A stretch of DNA of 64,000 nucleotides from NCBI GenBank assembly GCA_963749155.1, contig CAVVLO010000002.1, forward strand, positions 96,001-160,000, read 5' to 3'. A program made the translations under genes and the position numbers. The stretch comes from an uncultured Armatimonadia bacterium (GTDB lineage: Bacteria > Armatimonadota > Zipacnadia > CAVVLO01). Within the stretch, counting starts at the first letter, position 1; the number at the start of each line of letters is the position of its first letter. The notes under the pieces were generated by a model. It had not been told where the DNA came from, did not search any database, and worked only from the letters and a program-made list of their open reading frames with translations. This document shows, piece by piece, positions 58,813-64,000 of this stretch.

Positions 58813-60948
58813 CTAGAGGCCGCCCTGTATCACCCAGTCGAGAGCTGGCTCGGGCTTGCGTTTGCCTGTTGCGTAGTCATAGATGGCCAGGTTCACCAGC
58901 CTGGCTGCCCTGACAAGCTCTATATAGGGCCTGTCAGCGACATCAACAAATCCGATATTGTAGTTCTCTCCATCGAACCGCCCAGTGAGCGGTTGGTCTG
59001 CATATTCGAACCAATGGACGCCTACCAGATTGGGCAGAGCCGCGGCGCTTGAAACATAATGAGCGTAGGCCTGGGCGCGCTCAGGCTGCGACGCGACTGG
59101 ACGCAGTCCGCCTGCAAGCCCACTGTCGAGTGCCCCAAAATGGAACTCTCCCCCGATAAAAGGTTTACGCGCCAGTTCGTAAAACTGCTGAGCCTGCTCA
59201 GGATTTATCTCATACAGATAGGGGTTGAAGGACACTACATCACAGTATTCTCCTGCGGCTTTGATGGCTTCTTCCGAATAGGCGGCAAAACGCGCGCCCA
59301 GATAAAGATGACCGGGATCGTGACGCTTGAGTACTGCGCGAACGGTACGGAAATACTGCCGGGCAAATTCAAGCAGATAGACGCCGAGGTCAGCCTTGGC
59401 AGCCTCCGGAAGCTCGCGCACCTCGACAGGCGCGTCTTGCCTGAAAGCCTCGAAGCTTGCGAAACTGGTGCCCCAGGCCGCATTGAGGCGCGCCAGGTCC
59501 TGGCCATAAGTGGCAAAGAGCTGTCTCATAAGCGCGCGCCTGGCGAAGGACTTCTCCGGCAAGGCCAGTACCTGAGAGGCCAAATCCAGTTTGCCTGCTT
59601 CGTCCCAGCCTGCCCAAGGTAGTTCATTATCGAAAAAGTAACCGAGTATCCAGGGATCGGCGGCAAGCTCCTCCAGTTGAGACGCAAAGCTGGCCTCAAG
59701 CTGTTTTGCGAACTCGGGATCAAAGGGATCAGGCATACGTTCATTTACTTTGGGTACCCCGCCTGGAGTGCCCAGAGCGACCACATAAGCCGTCCTGCCG
59801 CGAGTTTGGAAGTCTCGGTCCGACCAGTTGCCAATTGTGTTGAAGCCCCAGGCGCGCAGCCGGTCGAGGCTGACCCGGATCCAGCTTTCGCGCCACTCAG
59901 GCCCATATTTACGAATCAGGTTGGCGGTGTAGAGGCTGACCCGATTGGGATCTCCCCAGCCTGCAGTGCGCGCTGGTCCGAAAGTGGCATCCTCCAGGGC
60001 AGGCAGCCACTTGAAAAGAGCCTCTCTGCCCGAGAGGGGGGTTGCGGTGTCGCCAAGCCCCATCACGTCCATCCCGACCGACCAGAACAGCCGCCCCTCG
60101 GGATCGACCAGCCACCAGCGCCCACCATGCTGAGTGGTTCGGAAGCGTCCGGTGGCCTCAAGCTTGGGGCCAGCCGCCCAACCGCCATACTTGTCGAGCC
60201 AGGCCGGGAGCATCACCTGGGCGAGCTGCCGGGCTTCTCCCTCAGCCTGAAGACGCAATTGACCGTCCGACTCGACCTTCACCTCAGCCGACAGAAAGCC
60301 GGGTTGTCCGAACTCATCCAGCAGCCAACTGGGCGCCTGACCTTTTACCAAACCTGCCCTCTCGACCAGCAGCTTGCAGGATTCGGTTGGATTTACCAGG
60401 AAGAGCACCAGCCGCATCATCCGCTGCCAGTAGATGGGTGGCCCGTAAAGCTGGCGCGGGATGAAGCCCTCTCCTGCCATTGGAGGCCAGCGCATCGCCT
60501 CATCCGTCCAGGTTGTAGCAAGGCGGATCCGGCTCAGGCGATGGGGCAGCAAGTAGAATTCGAACGTCTTCCAGCCTTCCTTGCCATCAGAGCCAAGCGA
60601 ATCAAGACGCAGGTGAACAAGCTGAGGCCTCGTAGAGGGATTCCATATTTCGAGTTCAAAAGCTGGGGCCTTCGTCCAGTCAGTCTCCAACCCAAGGGCC
60701 GAAAATTCCAGCGACAATCCGGGATATTCGGCCGGCTGGAAGGTAACTTCGACGACCTGCCCTCCGGCTGGCGCCTCGACAAGTCGGGCGGTCGAACTGG
60801 AAAAACTGGCCGCCTCCAGCAGCTCTTGTCCAGCCAGCGAGAAGGCCAGCGCGCTTGGGGAGAGGGCAAAAAGCAGTAATAAGACGGTCCAGCAAGCCTT
60901 CAAGACAATCCCCCCCAAGCCTGGCTGAAAGGTTAATTCGTGTTCCAC
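58813..60948 (-). CDS. Secreted GH50 (beta-agarase-like) glycoside hydrolase
   Basis: GRWWLVDPEG, WGFNTIGNWSD, GYFFDNEL, GEFHFGA, HWFEYADQPLTGRFDGENYNIG. Start codon uncertain. Confidence 0.85.
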   Translation of the reverse strand: MEHELTFQPGLGGIVLKACWTVLLLLFALSPSALAFSLAGQELLEAASFSSSTARLVEAPAGGQVVEVTFQPAEYPGLSLEFSALGLETDWTKAPAFELEIWNPSTRPQLVHLRLDSLGSDGKEGWKTFEFYLLPHRLSRIRLATTWTDEAMRWPPMAGEGFIPRQLYGPPIYWQRMMRLVLFLVNPTESCKLLVERAGLVKGQAPSWLLDEFGQPGFLSAEVKVESDGQLRLQAEGEARQLAQVMLPAWLDKYGGWAAGPKLEATGRFRTTQHGGRWWLVDPEGRLFWSVGMDVMGLGDTATPLSGREALFKWLPALEDATFGPARTAGWGDPNRVSLYTANLIRKYGPEWRESWIRVSLDRLRAWGFNTIGNWSDRDFQTRGRTAYVVALGTPGGVPKVNERMPDPFDPEFAKQLEASFASQLEELAADPWILGYFFDNELPWAGWDEAGKLDLASQVLALPEKSFARRALMRQLFATYGQDLARLNAAWGTSFASFEAFRQDAPVEVRELPEAAKADLGVYLLEFARQYFRTVRAVLKRHDPGHLYLGARFAAYSEEAIKAAGEYCDVVSFNPYLYEINPEQAQQFYELARKPFIGGEFHFGALDSGLAGGLRPVASQPERAQAYAHYVSSAAALPNLVGVHWFEYADQPLTGRFDGENYNIGFVDVADRPYIELVRAARLVNLAIYDYATGKRKPEPALDWVIQGGL

Positions 60949-60991
60949 ACCTTTTCACCTGCCTGCCCTGGCTCGCTGGTATACTTGCTTC

Positions 60992-61908
60992 GTGCGAAAA
61001 CAAGTCGTGTTTGGCGTTTTACTTACCTTCGTCCTGCTCGTGTGTTTCGGGCTGGGTTATTGGTGGTCGGTGCCCAATCGGGTAGCGGGCCGTTTTCCGG
61101 TGGCCCCTGAGTCCGATCGATTGACAGCCTGATACAGAGCTGGCTCTGGTGCTTGGTCCTGGTGGCTCAAGAGGGGCAGCTCATATAGGGGCGCTCAAAG
61201 CCCTGAGAGAAGCCAAACTCCAGCCGGGCCTCGTTCTCGGGGTAAGCGCCGGCTCTATCGCCGCCTGCGCTTATAGCCTTGGATTGCCCCTGGACGACCT
61301 GAGGCAGTTGTCAATCAACACTTCCACTGCCGCGATCACCTGGCCCTCTTTTTCGATCAGGGCGCCTTTCAGTCAGACTAACCTGCGTCGGTATCTGACC
61401 CGGGTATTTGGTGAGGCTCAACTTGAACAGTTGCCCATCAAATGTGTAATCGTCGCGACTGATCTGATATCCGGCGAACCTTTGTATCTGACGTCTGGTT
61501 CGGTTGTGGACGCCTGCCTGGCCAGTTGCGCCATACCGGGCACTTTCCAGGCCAAGGAGCTTGGAGGGCGTTATTATATCGACGGGGGGATCTCCGATCC
61601 GCTGCCCGGTGCGCAAGGCGCGCTCACTTGGGGCGAAGCAGGTTATCGTCCTTGATCTCGGAGTCCTTGGGCCCGATTTTCCAGCTCGCAAAAGTTTTAT
61701 CCACACCCTCGGCAAAGCTTTGAATGTGTCCATAGAAAAGCTCGCAGCCTGGGAAGCGGCCGAAGCGGACCTGGTAGTGCGTCCAAAGGTCAGCCAGGTC
61801 GACATGTTTGATTATTCACAAGGCCCTTTTGTGTATCAGCAAGGCTACGAGGCCACTCGCAAGGCGCTTGAAGAGGCGTCTCCTGGATTGCACAAGCCCA
61901 GCCGCTAG
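60992..61908 (+). CDS. Patatin-like phospholipase with probable N-terminal anchor (frameshifts near 61124 and 61607)
   Basis: GPGGSRGAAHIG, GVSAG, ASCAIPG, DGG; upstream frame MRKQVVFGVLLTFVLLVCFGLGYWW; downstream frame VRKARSLGA...RPKV. Confidence 0.8.
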
Positions 61909-62004
61909 TTGGCCTTCTGCAGCTTTCTTTCCACGTTCTGTGGGCAGGTTATGCTTCCTTCCTGCCGAAGAGATGAACCCAACTCCGCGGTCAGGAGGTT
62001 CACA

Positions 62005-64000
62005 ATGCTTCGCCTGAGAGCCTGGACAGTGTGTTTGGTAATAGCTCTGTTTACCGTGAGACTGCCGGCGTCGGCTGATTCTATTTGTCTGGTTCTCGAC
62101 ACCTTGCCCTCGGGCCCTGCTGCCTTTGGGCTTGCCGAACTCGAGACCGCCTGTAAGCAGTTCGAGCTTGAAGTGATGCTGCAGCCGCGCCCCGAGCCTG
62201 AGACCCCTTCGGTCGTATTGGGCATCCAGGGCAAGTCGACCCTGGCCCAGCAACTGGCTGAAGAGGCTGACCTTGAGCCTGTTACGGAAGCTGAAGGTTA
62301 TCTGCTGGCTGCCGTCCGGCCAGATTTGACCGTGTGTCTGGGCGCTGACGCGGTTGGCTTAATGTATGGCGCGCTTGAACTAGTCGACCGACTTGGTCTG
62401 GAGGGGCTGGCTGGCCTGCAACCTGCAGAGCCTGTCCGCGCGCAGCCAAAAGTAAAACTGCGCGGAGTAAACGAGTTTCTGAATGTGCCCCGCTCGGAGG
62501 GCGAAGACTGGTACTTCCTGCACGAAGATTTCTGGACAGGCCTGCTGGACCTGATGGCAAGGAGTCGGCTTAACTGGCTGGACCTGCATGGGATGTATGA
62601 CATTGATACGACCTGGTTTCCCAACATCTACCCCTACTTTATCAAGTCAGATACCTTCCCGGACGCGGGCCTGCCGCCCTCTCAGATGGCTCTCAACCTG
62701 GCGATGCTCAAGCGTATCCTCGAGCTTGCTCACGATAGAGGCATAAAGGTAGGCCTGATGAGCTATCAGACTTCCTGGGATGGCCCTTTCCTGCCCAAAG
62801 CACCCTATGAAGCCACCGAAGAGAACCTGGCTCTCTATACCAAAGAGTGTGTCCGCAATCTGTTGAAAGTGCTCCCGGAACTCGATTTCATTGGTTTCCG
62901 GATTGGCGAGTCCGGCAGGTCAGAGGATTTCTTCCAGAGCAGCTATTTACCTGGCCTGGATGAAAGCGGACTTGATATCCCCCTCTATACTCGCACCTGG
63001 GGGGCGCGCAAGGAGAAGATCCTCGAACTTGGAGATCGCTATCCCGGGCGCTTCTACATCGAGATAAAATACAATGGCGAGCAATACGGCCTGCCTTACA
63101 TCGTGTCAGGGGGCAGGATGGCCGGCTGGCGTGATTATTCTTATCAGAACTACTTCTCCTGGCCGACCGATTACAAGGTGCTGTGGCAACTTCGTTACAA
63201 TGGCACCCACCGCCTTTATCGCTGGGGCAACCTGGGTGACACCCGTCGCACCGCGCGCACGATTGACTTTTGCGGGGCTGAGGGAGTCTGCCTCGAGCCC
63301 TCGATGGCTTATTATCCCAAGAATGACTATATGCATCTGCCAGGCTCTTCTCATACCTATGGCTGGGGCTGGCAGCGCGACTGGGCCTGGTACGAGCTGT
63401 GGGGTCGCCTTATGTATGACCCAGACACTCCGGACGAGGTCTTCCTGCAGCACTTCGAGCAGCGATTTGGCCTGGAACAAGGCAGGTATGCGCTTACAGG
63501 ACTTGATTCGGCCAGCCACATAATCCCCTGGATTTATCGTTACCATTGCCTGGGGCCTGACCACCGCAGTATGGCGCCTGAATACGAGATGGGCGGAGAT
63601 CTGGCAGGATTCGCCGAACTTTCTCCGCTTGATACTTTTGTGATGAAATCGCCTTCAGAGAGCGCCCTGTGCGATCTTGAGGGTACCTGTGATGCCCGAC
63701 TTGGGGCTGACCAGTTCGCAACCAGGTTGCTACTAATCGCATCTCGCACAGAGCAACTTGCAGCTAATCTGGACTCGGTGAAAGGTGCAAATCCAGAGCT
63801 AGATTGCCTCTCGCTGGACTTCAGAGCGCAGGCAGAGCTCGCTCGTTATTACGCTTACAAGAAACGCGCTGCCTATCATTTTGCGCTCTATCTGGAGACT
63901 GAAGATCTGGCATCGGCGTCTGCGGCGCGTTATTGGCTGGGACTTTCACATCAGGCCTGGGCTCGCATGGCCGCGCTTAATGCCGGTCATTATGCGCCCC
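62005..64000 (+). CDS. Secreted glycoside-hydrolase-like protein, runs off the window end (absent from ORF track)
   Basis: ATG 62005 after AGGAGG; signal peptide MLRLRAWTVCLVIALFTVRLPASA; EGYLL...GADAVGLMYGALEL (GH20/GH67/GH115-type N-domain); FWTGLLDLMARSRLN; frame appears open to the end. Confidence 0.7.
   Translation, partial: MLRLRAWTVCLVIALFTVRLPASADSICLVLDTLPSGPAAFGLAELETACKQFELEVMLQPRPEPETPSVVLGIQGKSTLAQQLAEEADLEPVTEAEGYLLAAVRPDLTVCLGADAVGLMYGALELVDRLGLEGLAGLQPAEPVRAQPKVKLRGVNEFLNVPRSEGEDWYFLHEDFWTGLLDLMARSRLNWLDLHGMYDIDTTWFPNIYPYFIKSDTFPDAGLPPSQMALNLAMLKRILELAHDRGIKVGLMSYQTSWDGPFLPKAPYEATEENLALYTKECVRNLLKVLPELDFIGFRIGESGRSEDFFQSSYLPGLDESGLDIPLYTRTWGARKEKILELGDRYPGRFYIEIKYNGEQYGLPYIVSGGRMAGWRDYSYQNYFSWPTDYKVLWQLRYNGTHRLYRWGNLGDTRRTARTIDFCGAEGVCLEPSMAYYPKNDYMHLPGSSHTYGWGWQRDWAWYELWGRLMYDPDTPDEVFLQHFEQRFGLEQGRYALTGLDSASHIIPWIYRYHCLGPDHRSMAPEYEMGGDLAGFAELSPLDTFVMKSPSESALCDLEGTCDARLGADQFATRLLLIASRTEQLAANLDSVKGANPELDCLSLDFRAQAELARYYAYKKRAAYHFALYLETEDLASASAARYWLGLSHQAWARMAALNAGHYAP

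Noticed and set aside
59677..60879. 400 aa plus-strand ORF (likewise 17766-18800, 27853-28776, 50211-51182, 57129-58067)
   Set aside because: Antisense shadows of well-supported genes in GC-rich DNA
2108..61908. Programmed ribosomal frameshifting or mass pseudogenisation
   Set aside because: No consistent slippery sites and no other decay; core genes are affected, so sequencing error is more parsimonious
1..64000. CRISPR arrays, tRNA/rRNA genes, IS elements
   Set aside because: None seen; intergenic gaps are short and no transposase or integrase motifs appear in the ORFs

Overview
A 64 kb bacterial chromosomal segment with a gene complement typical of Terrabacteria (yggS-proC-yggU, yajC, dut, cimA, rnj, rqcH, fabK, ddl, mgtE, VanW) and several stand-alone glycan-active enzyme genes. 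An Armatimonadota-like origin is a guess. The main feature is a tightly packed 13-gene minus-strand operon (47800-58706) that appears to encode a complete, membrane-associated, eukaryote-like ubiquitination system. It comprises a YukD-like Ubl ending in a free Gly, an E1 with a probable C-terminal ubiquitin-fold domain, a canonical UBC-type E2, three membrane-anchored prokaryotic RING proteins, two Rpn11-like JAB peptidases (one with a TM helix and an external LysM hidden by a frameshift), a membrane-anchored trypsin protease, a DUF2085 protein, a vWA protein and two multi-TM FHA proteins. Many of these share a short acidic/hydrophobic SIM-like motif (DDFDI[EQ]LG). Other oddities are an HsdR_N nuclease fused to a SeqA-like domain, an orphan signal-peptide-bearing Gp5/VgrG-like spike protein, and a sulfatase-family protein with Thr at the nucleophile position. 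About 13 apparent single-base indels break otherwise intact genes, which suggests sequencing or assembly error. All family assignments come from motif recognition by eye; no searches were run.
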